From the human T2T-CHM13v2.0 reference genome, Homo sapiens, in NCBI RefSeq assembly GCF_009914755.1, contig NC_060929.1: a stretch of DNA of 64,000 nt; one strand, given 5' to 3'. The first letter of the stretch is position 1. Every line of letters starts with the position of its first letter. Below the pieces are notes generated by a model. It ran no database searches and was not told the DNA's origin. It saw only the letters and a list, made by a program, of their open reading frames with translations. Of the stretch, positions 41,788 through 62,954 are shown in pieces. A program made the translations under genes and the position numbers.

Positions 41788-42020
41788 GTATAGAATGGTG
41801 GCCAAGAGGGTGGTCTGGTTTCAGACAACCTGGGTTGAATTTAGGTCCCATCCCTGACTACTTAGAATAATTTTATGCCCCAGATTCTTACCTGTTAAAT
41901 GGGGATGATTTTAACACTGACTTCATAGAGTTCTCAGTGCATTTGAATGAGATAATCCATTGAAATCAATTGGCATGATACTTTCCACCTCTTGAACACC
42001 CTATAAATGTTATTATTATC
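41788..42020 (+). mobile_element. MIR SINE
   Basis: cagacaacctgggttgaat...ctgttaaatggggatgat...aatgagataatccat...taaatgttattattat. Confidence 0.75.
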
Positions 42021-42284
42021 TTAATCCTGGAGCTTTATGTCAAGAAAGGAGTTTGCCTTTTTTTTTTTTTTTTTTGTAAAAATTGAAAATTTTCAAGATA
42101 AAAAATTGGGGGAAAATATAAAGAAGCATAATGGATGATATAATGGCCAGTCATGTCTCACCAGTCAGCTTCATCAAATCTTGACACTTTACCACATTTA
42201 TTTTTGAAAAAGGAATTAAAGCATTGCTGATTCATATCCTCTGATAAAGCAATGCTAGGGTAAAGGAAAAAGGAGGCGAAACTG

Positions 42285-42490
42285 TTTAAAACAAAAGTGA
42301 CTTAAGACACCTAATGAAATGCAATGTGTGGACTTGGGTTGGGACTTGATTTAACCAAAGCAATTATACAAAGACCTTTTTGAGGCCATTATGGAAATCT
42401 CAATGTGGGCTGCCTATCAGATGATATCAAGGAATTATTAATTTTGCTAGGTTTGATAATACCATGGTGAAGATGAAAAAAACGTTATTA
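42285..42490 (+). mobile_element. L1MC/ME 3' UTR fragment
   Basis: aaatgcaatgtgtggacttg...gatgatatcaaggaattattaattttgctagg. Confidence 0.6.
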
Positions 42491-43059
42491 GCTTAAAGAA
42501 GATAGGAATTTGTAGGAGAGAAGTTTGTCTTTTTAATGTTTCTACTTTCTGCCTCCTTAATAAATAACAGTGTTACCTTGGCAGTTTCATCTGGGCGTTG
42601 TTTCTCTCCTCTCTATATCATCCCCCAAGTCTACTGAATTTTGAGGTCCCAGCTGGTGTCAGAGTTTTGCTCTGCAATTGCTTTTTTCTGGCTCAGTCTG
42701 TGTGTCCAGTTGGAGTGAGTCTGCTCAGAAAGTGGATTCTTCCACCTTGGGAACCCTGTGCATCCAGAGACTATGGGACATATTCCTTTTGACTCAATGT
42801 TTCACTTGGGATCTGGCAAACATAGACGTATCTCTTGAGGGCTAGGAGTGCCACTGATGGGGCCACATTATCAATCCCTGCAGAAGAAAACAGCAGGAAC
42901 AGGCTGATGGCTTGTGAAATATTTTTCAAATTTCTTCCATACACAATCAAGGAAAAAGGAAAATGCAGAAGTGGAGGCCCCAGCTTCTGTTCTGGCTGTA
43001 TTGTTTGCCTTCCAGGCAAAGAGAGTATTTGTGTGAGAATTAAGGGAAAGTGTCTCACT

Positions 43060-43230
43060 GTGAGCCCAATCCCAGAAGGTAATTCCATATGAAGTTTATT
43101 CTCTGCAGGCACTGTTGTGGGCGTGCCAGAGGGGAGGGCGGAGTATGGGAGGTGGGCAGACAGCACTTCCTGCCTACTATAAATCCCTGGCCAGCAGCTG
43201 GAAACTCCGGAGTGAGGCCTTCAGAGAGGA
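43060..43230 (+). promoter_or_regulatory. Candidate TATA-type core promoter or enhancer
   Basis: CCAAT 43066, GC/GT boxes 43119 and 43131-43141, ETS cacttcctg 43164, TATAAAT 43178, E-box 43195; motif-only evidence. Confidence 0.3.
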
Positions 43231-43284
43231 ATGTCACCTGGAGTGGATAATGCTTGTTGTCACTTTCAAGCCAAATTTATAAAT

Positions 43285-44345
43285 ATGTGATCACCAACCA
43301 GATCAAGATGTAGAACATTTCCAGCATCCCAGAAGGCTCCCTAGTGCACTCAGTCAATACCTTCCTCGCTCCCCTTCTCCCTCCAGGTAACCACTCTTCT
43401 GACTTATATTGCCATTGATTAGTTTCCCTGTTCTTGGTGCTTCATGTAAATGGAAACATATACCATCTACTCTTTGTGTGTGGCTCCTTTTATGCAGTAT
43501 AATACCTGTGAGACTCATCCATGTTTCCATGTAGCAGTAGTTTGTTCTGATTGTTGTAGAAAGCATTTCGTTGTACAGAACATATCACTAATTATTCATT
43601 CTTCGATTGAACAATGGATTGTTTGTAAATTTGAGCTATTGTGCATAAAGCCTCTAGGAACCTTTATTTTATTTTATTTTATTTTATTTTATTTTATTTT
43701 ATTTTATTTTATTTTATTTTTGAGATGGAATCTTGCTTAGTTGCCCAGGCTGGAGTGCGGTGGTGCGATCTAGGCTCACTGCAACCTCCGTTTCCTGGGT
43801 TTAAGCAATTCTCCTACCTCAGCCTCCTGAGTGGCTGGGATTACAGGTGCCCACCACCACACCCAGCTGATTTTTGCATTTTTAGTAAAGATGGGGTTTC
43901 ACCATGTTGGCCAGGCTGGTCTCGAACTCCTGACCTCAGGCAATCTGCCTGCCTTGGCCTCCCAAAGTGCTGGGATTACAGGTGTGAGCCACCTCACCCT
44001 GTCTGGAATGTTCTTCTACAGGTGTTTTGAGGCCATAAGTACTTATCTCTTGAGTATATTCCTGGGAGTGGGATTGTTGGATCATAAGGGACACAAATCT
44101 TTACCTTAGTAAATATTGCCACATAGTCTTGCAAAGAGGTTGTACCCATTTTCATACCCACCAGCAATGTGTGAGGGTTTCAATTGTTCCATGCCCTCAC
44201 CTATGCTTGGAATTATCCATCTTTTTAGTTGTAACCATTCTAGGGCATGTGTGTATCGTAGTAGTAGTTGTCATTGTCGTTGTAGTGTCACACTTGGTGT
44301 TTATTTTCATTTCCTGGGTGAGTAATGATGTTTGGATATCTTTTG
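43285..44345 (-). mobile_element. Old L1M (MD/ME) fragment split by an Alu
   Basis: ccagatcaagatgtagaacatttccagcatcccagaaggctcc...tgtgagactcatccatg...gagtgggattgttggatc...cccaccagcaatgtgtgaggg. Confidence 0.8.
43663..44003 (-). mobile_element. AluS SINE with (TTTTA)n tail
   Basis: Full dimer in reverse; pentamer tail ~43663-43721. Confidence 0.93.
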
Positions 44346-44474
44346 AGAAATACCAGTACCATCTTTTGGCCATGTTTTCATTGCAAATGTATCCTTTTTA
44401 TAAAGGTGATTATGAACATCAAAAGTCATCATGGAAAGAAAAATGCAGATAGAGAGGCTGCATGTGGCAGCAGT

Positions 44475-44665
44475 ATCAGCTGGTTAGTGATAAAGAACAT
44501 AGGCTTTGCTGCCCGACAGCAGGAGTTCAAGTCCCAACCTTGCTACCCACTAGTATGGTATTAATTCACTTTCTAATCTTATTTCCTAAACCGTAAAATG
44601 GGGATAATAACAGTGTCTATCTCACCAGTGTGCTGGGAGGATTCAATGAGACATGCATCCTTAAA
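44475..44665 (+). mobile_element. MIR SINE
   Basis: ggagttcaagtccca...cgtaaaatggggataataacagtgtctatctca...ggaggattcaatgaga. Confidence 0.8.
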
Positions 44666-46531
44666 ATACCTCTCTGTGAAGCAACTTGGGCCACATGAAC
44701 AGAGCATTAACAACACACAAACACAAAATGTAGTCTAAATGCCCTGGTGGTCTTTCTTGAGCCATGCAGGCACCTTCCTCTGCCTCCCTATATTCAGAAG
44801 TGATAAGGCCATGAGCTACCCTCATGATTTGGTTTCCTAAATCTGTAAAGTCTGCTTTATTAGCTAGGGTGCAAGTTAGTATTTGGAACGTTTTTTGAAG
44901 CCATGAGTGTGCTCTTGATAGTCATTATTATTATAAGCAGCAGCTTGGCTCCTTTCCTGCAGAGCAGAATTATCTTCAATCAAATGACCTTTCTGTATAC
45001 TTTCTACTTTAAAGGATTAATTGCGTCTTCCTTCCTGTCTCCCTCTTCACTTCTCCAGAACGCTCAGCCCAAAACCAAACTGGAGTTGCCTTTGTCCCTA
45101 AGTGGTGTCGTGGTACCACCACACCCAAAGCCTGGCTCAGAATGAATTCAGCACCCATTCCTTGCTTTTTAAACCTCAAAAGTTCCCGACTCAGTGAAAG
45201 GCTTCCATTTTGCTATCCTCTTCTCTGTCTGCATTTTACTCTGTAATTTATTGACATAGAAGAGGCCTCGTGCAGGCTTTCATTGCATTAGTCCACTTGG
45301 AAGTCTTTTCTCCAATCCATTTGACCTCAAGCTGCTTTTTTGCTGCTGCTGCATGTAAGCTAGACTGATCCAGCTCACCTTATGCTGCTTTTGAAGGCTG
45401 AAAAGCCCTGTGACCAAATGTTTAGCAGGCTGTTCAGACAGTGGACTGATGGTTTGATCTAAGTCCGTTTCCTGCCTTACACACACCTCCCCATCCCCCA
45501 AGGCAAAGGTGGAAAACCCAGCAAGTTACATAAGTTGTTGGAGCAGTCCAGATGGCTGGCTGCTAGCCCAGGCAAACTCGCTTTGGAGCACTTGGGGATG
45601 CCTGCACTGGCAATGAAACATGGGCTCATTTTTTAATGAGAACAATCATTTTGTTCAGCTGTATGAATCCCAGTAGTGGAGTGAGATCAGGGCTGTGATC
45701 CCCTAAACATGGCTGCTGGCTTCCCTCTGGGGCAGGACAGGGGGTGTCTTGTAGTGGGAGGGTGTCTTGTCCTACTGTTTGGACTTTACTAAACAGGAAG
45801 GAGCGGGCAGGGCTGCAGAACAGGAATTATACCATTGTACAGCCTGGCAGTCCTGTGGAATTGGCTGAATAGCGGAAGGAAGGAATCTGAAAAGGAAGGG
45901 AAGGATCTCACCACCCAGTGTGAGCCAATTCCAGCCTCGCTATTTTATCTGCCCAGTGACTGATCTTAGCCTTTTGTTGTATACCTTTCTTCTTGAGAGG
46001 TTTTGAAATGGTATGCATTCCTTAGCTTTGAGGCACCATGTGGCTGCAGTTAGTCAGACTAGCTCCAAATCACAAGCTTGGATTGTTGAACCTGTTTTTT
46101 CTGGAGTGGGAGGAAGATGGACCAGAAATTGATGTGAGGCCCTGGGATCTTCAGTCCAGGTGGCCATGGGTATGGCTTACAGGATGGTCATCTCTAGGTC
46201 TGACTTTCCCTGTGTGTTGTCCTGATGTGACCAGGAAGCAGCTGTCCAAGTTGCCTGTCCACCTCTGATAGCACATGCAGCCTTGCATCTGGGGTTGGTG
46301 GTTATTTCGTGCAGGTGACCTGAGAGCTGCCTGGGATTGCTGTGCTTGCCCAGCCCGCCACAAGGGGTTGCCCTTTGTTGGCTGGTGGTGTGGAGGAGGA
46401 CAGGTCCCCTGACTGCCGGCTACTCCAGTGCATCTGAAATGGAGACACCTGTATGTCTGTGATCTCTGAGCCTTATCTTCCCTTGCTACCCCACGGTGAA
46501 TTAGACCTAAAGATGCTATGCTGGTTCGTTG

Positions 46532-46825
46532 TTTTTTTTTGAGATGGAGTCTCACTCTGTCACCTGACTGGAGTACAGTGGCGCAATCTCTGCTCATTGC
46601 AACCTCCACCTCCCGGGTTCAAGCGACCCTCCTGCCTCAGCCTTGTGAGTATCTGGAACTACAGGCATGTGCCACCACACCTGGCTAATTTTGTATTATT
46701 AGTAGAGACAGGTTTACACCATGTTGGCCAGGCTGGTCTTGAACTCCTGACCTCAAGTGATCTGCCCTCCTCGGCCTCTCAAAGTGCTGGGATTACAGGC
46801 GTGAGCCTCCACGACCAGCCTGGTC
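46532..46825 (-). mobile_element. AluS SINE
   Basis: Full dimer in reverse. Confidence 0.92.
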
Positions 46826-47219
46826 CTTTGTTTCTATTGTTTTCAAAATGGTCTGAGAAATAGGAAAAATCCCAAAGTCTATAGAACATAGATATAAAGG
46901 TACAGAAAAGAGAATGCAGATTTTCATGCATTTTTACATCGAAAAAATAAACTATATTTTTTGACTGAAAGAATAACATAGAGTAACAAACAGTAGAAAA
47001 TGTGGAAAATAACTAAAAAGATGAAGAGGAAAATGAATATCACTCATCTTAGAAAACAGTGGTTAATTTATGATATTTGTGTTTTCAACTCTTTTCTATC
47101 ATTATGTGTTTATATATATCTAGACACACATCTATTCATATATAAACAAAACATGCATCCCTTTCCAGGTATTGTACTTTAAGTAGGATTTTCATTTAAT
47201 TTTTTATATTTTCTCATGT

Positions 47220-47704
47220 CTGTCAGTTTAGCAGTGAGTTTTGCTGCAAACAATTGAAAATCCAACAAACAATGGCTTAAAGTAAGTTTTAGGCATTAAT
47301 ATATATGATAGGCCACATGGGACAAATAGGGTGGCTCTGTGAAGCCATTAAAGACCCAGCTTCATTGTGTCTTTTTACTCCTCCTTAGAGTGAGGAGGAT
47401 CCTTTAGGATGTAGGCTTTTGTCTTCCTTGTAGGCTGCTGCACCTCCTGGCCTCACATCTGTGGTTCAGGCAGGGAGAAGGAAGGCAGGAAGAGGAAGGA
47501 GTGGTGTCTATGTCAGCAAAACAAAGGTTTGCCAGAAATCGCCTGTATATATCCACTTATGTCTCATTGACCAGAACTGTGTCATATTCCTAAGAGGAGT
47601 GTGTGTTTTCAGCTGGGTAAAATCTTGCTCCCACATATCAAGGGTCTGATTAAGGAAGAAAAGGAAACAGACATTGTACAGTCCATTAGCAGTAGCTGTC
47701 ACAC
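47220..47704 (-). mobile_element. Old MaLR LTR (MLT1H/I/J-like)
   Basis: caatggcttaaa...ggctgctgcacctcc...tgtctcattgaccagaactgtgtca...gctgtcaca. Confidence 0.55.
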
Positions 47705-49038
47705 TTGTTTCTAAATACTATTCTACAACCAGAAGTGTTGAGTGACTTAGAAACTCCTTTGATGAAAGAAGAAATAATATTAAGAAAATTGTGAACACTT
47801 TCCTCAGAGAAGTATATAATTTGTAACATTTTGTATATAAGAAACAGATCTGTGCATTCATCTCTCAGTGGGCTGCTATACATGATTCTTTTCTTAGCGT
47901 AATGCATAGAAGTAGATTTGCTTGATGAACATATACAGTCACACACCATATAAAGATGTTTCAGTCAATGACAGACCACACATACCACTGTGGTCCCATA
48001 AGATTATAATGGAGCTAAAAAATTCCTATCTCTTAGTGCTGTTGTAGCCGTCATATTACTGCAACACATCATTCATGTGTTTGTGGTGATGCTGGTGTAA
48101 ACAAACCTACCATGCTCTCAGTCATACAAAAGTAGAGCACATGCAATACTTGATAATAAATGACTGTGTTACTAGTTTATGTATTTACTACAGTCTGCTT
48201 TTTATTGTTATTTTAAAGTGTACCCCTTCTACTTATTAAAAAAAAAAGCGGTCAGACAGCCTTAAACAAGACCTTCAGGCGGTATTCCAGAAGAATGCAT
48301 TGTTATCATAGACGACAGCTCTATGTGTGTTACTGCTCCTGAAGACCTTACAGTGGGACAAGATGTGGAGGTGGAAGACAGTGATGTGGATGATCCTGAC
48401 CCTGTGTAGGCCTAGGCTAATGTTTGTGTTTGCGTCTTGGTTTTTTAACAAAAATAGCTTAAAAAGGAAAATAATAATAATAAATACAAAAAAAACTTGT
48501 TGAATAAGGAAAAAATACTTTTGTACAGCTGTACAATGTGTTTGTGTTTTAAGCTAAATGTTATTACAAGAATCAAAAAGTTAAAAAAAATTAAAAAGGT
48601 TGTAAAGTTACAGTAAACTAAGGTTAATTTATTATTGAAGAAGAACACTTTAAATAACTTTAGTGTAGCCTAAGTGTACAGTGTTTATAAAGTCTACAGT
48701 ATTGTGCAGTAATATCTTAGGCCTTCATGTTCACCCACTAATCACTCATTGACTCTCCCAGAGCAACTTCCAGTCCTGTAAGCTCCATTCATGGTAAGCA
48801 CTTTATACAGGAATACCACTTTTTATCTTTTTTTTTTTAATTTAAGTTCTAGGGTACATGTGCACAACGTGCAGGTTTGTTACATATGTATACATGTGCC
48901 ATGTTGGTGTGCTGCACCCATTAACTTGTCATTTACATTAGGTATATCTCCTAATGCTATCCCTCCCCCCTCCCCCCCACCCTACAACAGGCCCTAGTGT
49001 GTGATGTTCCTCACCCTGTGTCCAAGTGTTCTCATTGT

Positions 49039-52831
<3,793 letters not shown>

Positions 52832-52894
52832 GATGATGTTAGCTGGTTATTTTGCTCGTTAGTTGATACAGTTTCTTCCTAGCATCAATGGTCT

Positions 52895-53898
52895 TTACAA
52901 TTTGGCATGTTTTTGCAGTGGCTGGTATTGTTGCTTCCTTCAGGAGCTCTTGTAGGGCAGGCCTGGTGGTGACAAAATCTCTCAGCATTTGCTTGTCTGT
53001 AAAAGATTTTATTTCTCCTTCACTTATGAAGCTTAGTTTGGCTGGATATGAAATTCTGGGTTGAAAATTCTTTTCTTTAAGAATGTTGAATATTGGCCCC
53101 CACTCTTCTGACTTGTAGAGTTTCTGCCGAGAGATCCGCTGTTAGTCTGACGGGCTTCCCTTTGTGGATAACCCGACCTTTCTCTCTGGCTGCCCTTAGC
53201 ATTTTTTCCTTCATTTCAGCTTTGGTGAATCTGACAATTATGTGTCTTGGAGTCGCTTTTCTCGAGCAGTATCTTTGTGGCTTTCTCTGTATTTCCTGAA
53301 TTTGAATGTTGGCCTGCCTTTCTAGGTTGGGGAAGTTCTCCTGGATAATATCCTGCAGAGTGTTTTCCAGCTTGGTTCCATTCTCCCCATCACTTTCAGG
53401 TACACCAATCAGATGTAGATTTGGTCTTTTCACATAGTCCCACATTTCTTGGAGGATTTGTTCGTTTCTTTTTACTCTTTTTTCTCTAAACTTCTCTTCT
53501 CGCTTCATTTCATTCATTTGATCTTCAATCACTGATACCCTTTCTTCCACTTGATCAAATCGGCTACTGAAGCTTGTGATTGCGTCATGTAGTTCTTGTG
53601 CCGTGGTTTTCAGCTCCATCCGGTCATTTAAGGTCTTCTCTACACAGTTTATTCTAGTTAGCTATTTGTGTAATCTTTTTTCAAGGTTTTTAGCTTCTTT
53701 GTGATGGGTTCGAGCATCCTCCTTTAACTCAGAGAAGTTTATTCTTACCGATCATCTCAAGCCTTCTTCTCTCAACTTGTCAAAGTCATTCTCCGTCTAG
53801 CTTTGTTCCACTGCTGGTGAGGAGCTGCATTCCTTGGGAGGAGAAGAGATGCTCTGATTTTTAGAATTTTCAGCTTTTCTGCTCTGGTTTCTCCCCAT
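52895..53898 (-). pseudogene. Disrupted L1 ORF1
   Basis: ORF 53077..53619 (WDYVKRPNL..GVPE, ENFPNL, TPRHII, ADLSAETLQ); frameshifted before the C-terminus; ATG at 53898. Confidence 0.93.
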
Positions 53899-55196
53899 CT
53901 TTGTGGTTTTATCTACTTTTGGTCTTTGATGATGGTGACGTACAGATGGGGTTTTGGTGTGGATGTCCTTTCTGTTTGTTAGTTTTCCTTCTAACAGTTA
54001 GGACTCTCAGCTGCAGGTCTGTTGGGGTTCGCTGGAGGTCCACTCCAGACCCTGTTTGCCTGAGTATCACCAGTGGAGGCTGCAGAACAGCAAATATTGC
54101 AGAACAGCAAATGTTGCTTCCTGATCCTTCCTCTGGAAGCTTCATCTCAGAGGGGCATCTGGCTGTATCAGTTGTCAGTCGGCCCCTACTGAGTGGTGTC
54201 TCCCAGTTAGGCTACTCGGGGGTCAGGGACCCACTTGAGGAGGCAGTCTGTCCATTCTCAGATCTCAAACTCCGTGTTGGGAGAACCACTACTCTCTTCA
54301 AAGCTGTCAGATAGGGATGTTTAAGTCTGCAGAAGTTTCTGCTGCCTTTTTTTCAGCTATTCCCTGCCCCCAGAGGTGGAGTCTACAAAGGCAGGCAGGC
54401 ATCCTTGTGCTGCGGTGGGCTCCACCCAGTTCGAGCTTCCTGGCCGCTTTGTTTACCTACTCAAGCCTCAGCAAAGGTGGATGCCCCTCCCCCAGCCTTG
54501 CTGCCACCTTGCAGTTCGATCTCAGACTGCTGTGCTAGTGGTGAGCAAGGCTCCGTGGGCGTGGGACCCTCTGAGCCAGGTGCAGGATATAATCTCCTGG
54601 TGTGCCGTTTGCTAAGACCTTTGGAAAAGCGCAGTATTAGGGTGGGAGTGTCTCGATTTTCCAGGTACCATCTGTCACAGCTTCCCTTGGCCAGGAAAGG
54701 GAATTCCCTGTCCCCTTGCACTTCCCAGGTAAGGTGATGCCTTGCCCTGCTTAGGCTCACACTCCATGGGCTGCACCCACTGTCCAACAAGCCCCACTGA
54801 GATGAACCCACTACCTCAGCTGGAAATGCCGAAATCACCTGTCTTCTGCGTCACTCACACTGGGAGCTGTAGACTGGAGCTGTTCCTATTTGGCCATCTT
54901 GGAACCTCCCCCACTTTTTATCTTTATACCATATTTTTACTGTACGTTTTCTATGTTTAGATATGTTTAGATACAGAAATACTATTGTGTGTCAGTTGCC
55001 TACAGTATTCAGTATGGTAACATGCTGTATAGGTTTATCTCCTAGGAACAATAGGCTACACCATATAGCCTAGTTGTGTAGTAGGCTATACCATCTAGGT
55101 TTGTGTAAGTGCACTCTATGATGTTTGTAGGGCAACAAAATTGCCTAACAACGCATTTCTCAGAACATATCCCTGTCATTAAGTGAGGCATGACTG

Positions 55197-56041
<845 letters not shown>

Positions 56042-56280
56042 AGTAGTGATTTTTTAAAGCACATAGGGTATGCAAAGATCAGCTGCCATACAGAGACCAT
56101 ATGAATTGTCATCCAAGACATTGTTATTTTCATAGCTGACACTGCTGGGTTCTGTGCCTCGCCTGATGCGGACTGCTTAACCTTCTTGGGGTGAGCACAA
56201 CTGTAAGTGAGCAATTTAATACTTAAAATGCTGCTAGACAGATGGCAATTTACTCTTTCCATATTTGAAGAGCTTCCTGA

Positions 56281-56921
<641 letters not shown>

Positions 56922-56936
56922 TAAATTCATTTTTAA

Positions 56937-57270
<334 letters not shown>

Positions 57271-57339
57271 TTTTGAAGTTAATGTTAACTGAATCTAAGA
57301 TGTGCATTGACAACATTTTAGATGGCCTTGGTTCCTCAT

Positions 57340-57965
57340 GTCATTCAACCAGTATTTATTAAATGCCTGCTATGTGCAAGGCCCTCTGGTCTACCAGGAT
57401 AAATTTGTCACCTTGCATTTCAGAGTGAAAAACATCAGTGTGAGGTGTGAACATAGTGCTATTGAAATAGAACAGATGATTTTAGACTGAGGGAGTTGAA
57501 GGCAGCTTCATAGAGGAGCACGTATAGGTAGGGCATTGAAGGATGTTCACGGGCAGAGATGCATAGAAGGGCTTCCTTGGCAAGAAATATGGCAACACAG
57601 ATTCTTAGAAATCATGGGACAGATGAGGAAACAGCTAGTAGTTGCATGTAGATGGTCATGAGGTTTGGGAAGGGAAAGTAGAAAAGTAAGGTAGGAAATG
57701 TTGGGGCCAGCTTATCAGAGGCCTCATGTAGAAATCTGGACATTATGCTGTTAAGGGGTGACGCAACCATAAAGGATTTGAGCAGAAGTGATTTCAGAGC
57801 TGTGGCCACATGAAGGGTATGCAGTTTTTGGGAAGGCAGAGAGTAACCATTGTGAAGGCATTCCAAGCAGGAGGTGCTGAACTCCCAGATGGGACTGTTG
57901 GGACTGAAGAGAAAGATACAATCATGCTGGAAGCAGAATCCAGTTATTGTCACCTGATTAGATAT
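57340..57965. mobile_element. L2 LINE relic
   Basis: tcattcaaccagtatttattaaatgcctgctatgtgcaagg...ggcagcttcatagaggag...aaggatttgagcagaagtga. Confidence 0.65.
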
Positions 57966-58217
57966 GGGAGTGAAAAGACAGGACTTAGGACAGATCTTAG
58001 GTCTAGCCACTGAGATAAAAGTGATGCCATTAACCAAGATAATGATTATTGGCTGCTGTTTACTGAGCATTTACTCTGTGCCATGCATAGTGCCAGCTGC
58101 TCTGCTGCTGCTACCTTCTACTTTATGTGGTATGCTCTCCATTTTATAGATGGGGTAATGAGGCACAGAGAAATGTCACAATGAGAAAATAACAGTTGCT
58201 AGATGAAAATAGGTTTG

Positions 58218-59881
<1,664 letters not shown>

Positions 59882-60487
59882 CTAACTAAAAGCAAGTACT
59901 AATTTAGTGGCTTGTTCACAGGTTTTAAGGTGTTACCCCTCCTATTGTCTTGAGAAACCCTTCTTGGTGGTTGTAGGAAGGATAGGTGCTAGATTTGAGG
60001 TTAGGGGAAATTCCTAGATGAAGATGGCCAGCAAACAGTTAGAAATGGAGGTCTGCTCCAAAGAAAACTGGAGGGAGGTTGGGGTTGCAGATTTAGAGGT
60101 GGGGCACCATCTGCATGGAGGCATTGTTGCAGCTATGGGAATGGATGAAATTTCTAATTGTGGCTTATAGAAAGAGAGAGAGAGAGATGAGTAAAGAGGT
60201 CCAAGGAGGAGCTTAGGGAATTTTTAGAGTAGGCTATGGAACTCTCATAATGTACTGCTGGTGGGAGTCTTAATTAGTACAACCATTCAAAACCTAGTAA
60301 AGTTGAATATATACATATCCTACAACAGACTGTTGAAACTACTGAACTCTATTGTAGCACAAAAACAGCTATGGACAAGTAAGTGAATGAGCATAGCTGT
60401 TTTCCAAAAAACTTTATATATATGCATTTACATATATTCATATATGTATATTGTATGTGCATGTATATATATATACACACACGTATA

Positions 60488-61461
<974 letters not shown>

Positions 61462-61972
61462 TATATGTATGTGTGTATATATGCACTTATATAGATTTCA
61501 TATTTATATTTATGATTGTATTTGTATATTTATATATTCCTTTTATGTTAAGATTAGTACAGGGCAGAGGAACCTGTGGAGAGCTGTGGAGCAGGGCTGA
61601 GTAGTAGGGCCAAGGAGAGGTGGACATTTAAAGGACACAGGTGGTCAGCTATATCAAGCACGATAGGAAAGGACCCAGAAGCAGCCTTTGGATTTGTGCG
61701 TTCATCTGTCATGCTCTCAAGACAGACATGCCCTAATCTCTCCCATCCTCCACTCTGGGGAGGGGACCCTACTGGGCTTAGTCCACTTGGTTGCCTTGGC
61801 TGCTGGCTGTGTTTGTAAATGTATGTTGGTTGCTCAGGTCCGGTGTGCTTTTGTTCTCTCTAAAGAAGAAGCAAGAGAGGCTTGGCTAGGCACTGTGAGC
61901 TTTTGATGTGAACATACTAACAACCTGTTTCATCCAGGTCAACTTTAAACCACATTGTTCAGTGAGCATTGT

Positions 61973-62077
61973 TCAGTGAGCTGTGATCGAGCCACTGCCC
62001 TACAGCCTGGGTGACAGAGCAAGACCCTGTTTCCCCACCCCCTAAAAAAAGAACAAAAAAAAAGAAAAAGGAAAAGA
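61973..62077 (+). mobile_element. Severely 5'-truncated Alu (3' ~60 bp plus tail)
   Basis: cagtgagctgtgatcgagccactgccctacagcctgggtgacagagcaagaccctgt plus A-rich tail. Confidence 0.85.
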
Positions 62078-62954
62078 ACATTTGTTTACAGTATGAGAAC
62101 TGAAACAAGAAGGCAGAATATGGCCTGTGCAACACGAGACGGTGAGCTAGTCTGATCAGCAGCTTTCCAACCTGCTGTCCCTTTCCTTTCCAGTTCCTAC
62201 TCCCTCCAACATTTGCAGGACCTTATTCCTAGTCAACTGTCAGCAGATCCCAATTTTGCTGTTTGCTGGTAAGATTTGAGATGTTACCATCCTAATGTAT
62301 ATATGAAATTATTAAAGTGCATAGAGAGCCCTTCAGGACCTAAAGGGGTTCATTCATGATGGTGAAATATTAAAAATTATAGGGACTAAGAGTATGGCAT
62401 TTCAAAGCTGGTTTGTTTCAGGCCCCCCTTTTGATGCCTTAGGAAATTAAGATACAGAGAGACGAAGAGGTTTGATCCGGGTCCCACAGTAAGGCAGTGA
62501 CTGATTAGGGCCACTATACTTGTTAGCTCCCAGGGCTCCCTGCCCATTCAAATCATAGCTTATAGATGGCCATGTAGTTAGGTGAGTCCCCTGAAAATTA
62601 GCCTCGAGCATATAGATCTTTACAATGCTCAGCACACTTACCTGCTTGTCCTTTTAGCTGAGGGGGTAGGAGGCAGATCTCAGTTTTATTAATATAGTGA
62701 GGGTTCCCAAAGGATATATGAATCAATTTTATAATATGAGAACTGTTTTGGGGGAAGGAGAAAGAGGAGAGTGAGGCGGGTTAAGGCTACTTTTTCCTAA
62801 ATTTGTATTTAAAACCAGTGAGTTTCAAATCTAGGTTATGACTCAGAAGCACCTCTAAATAATGTTTATAAACTAGGCTAACTAGGGGGATTAATTCAAG
62901 GTGAATTTTTCTTTCTGGCTGCTGTGGGGGTTAAAAAAATATCAAGGTAGGTTA

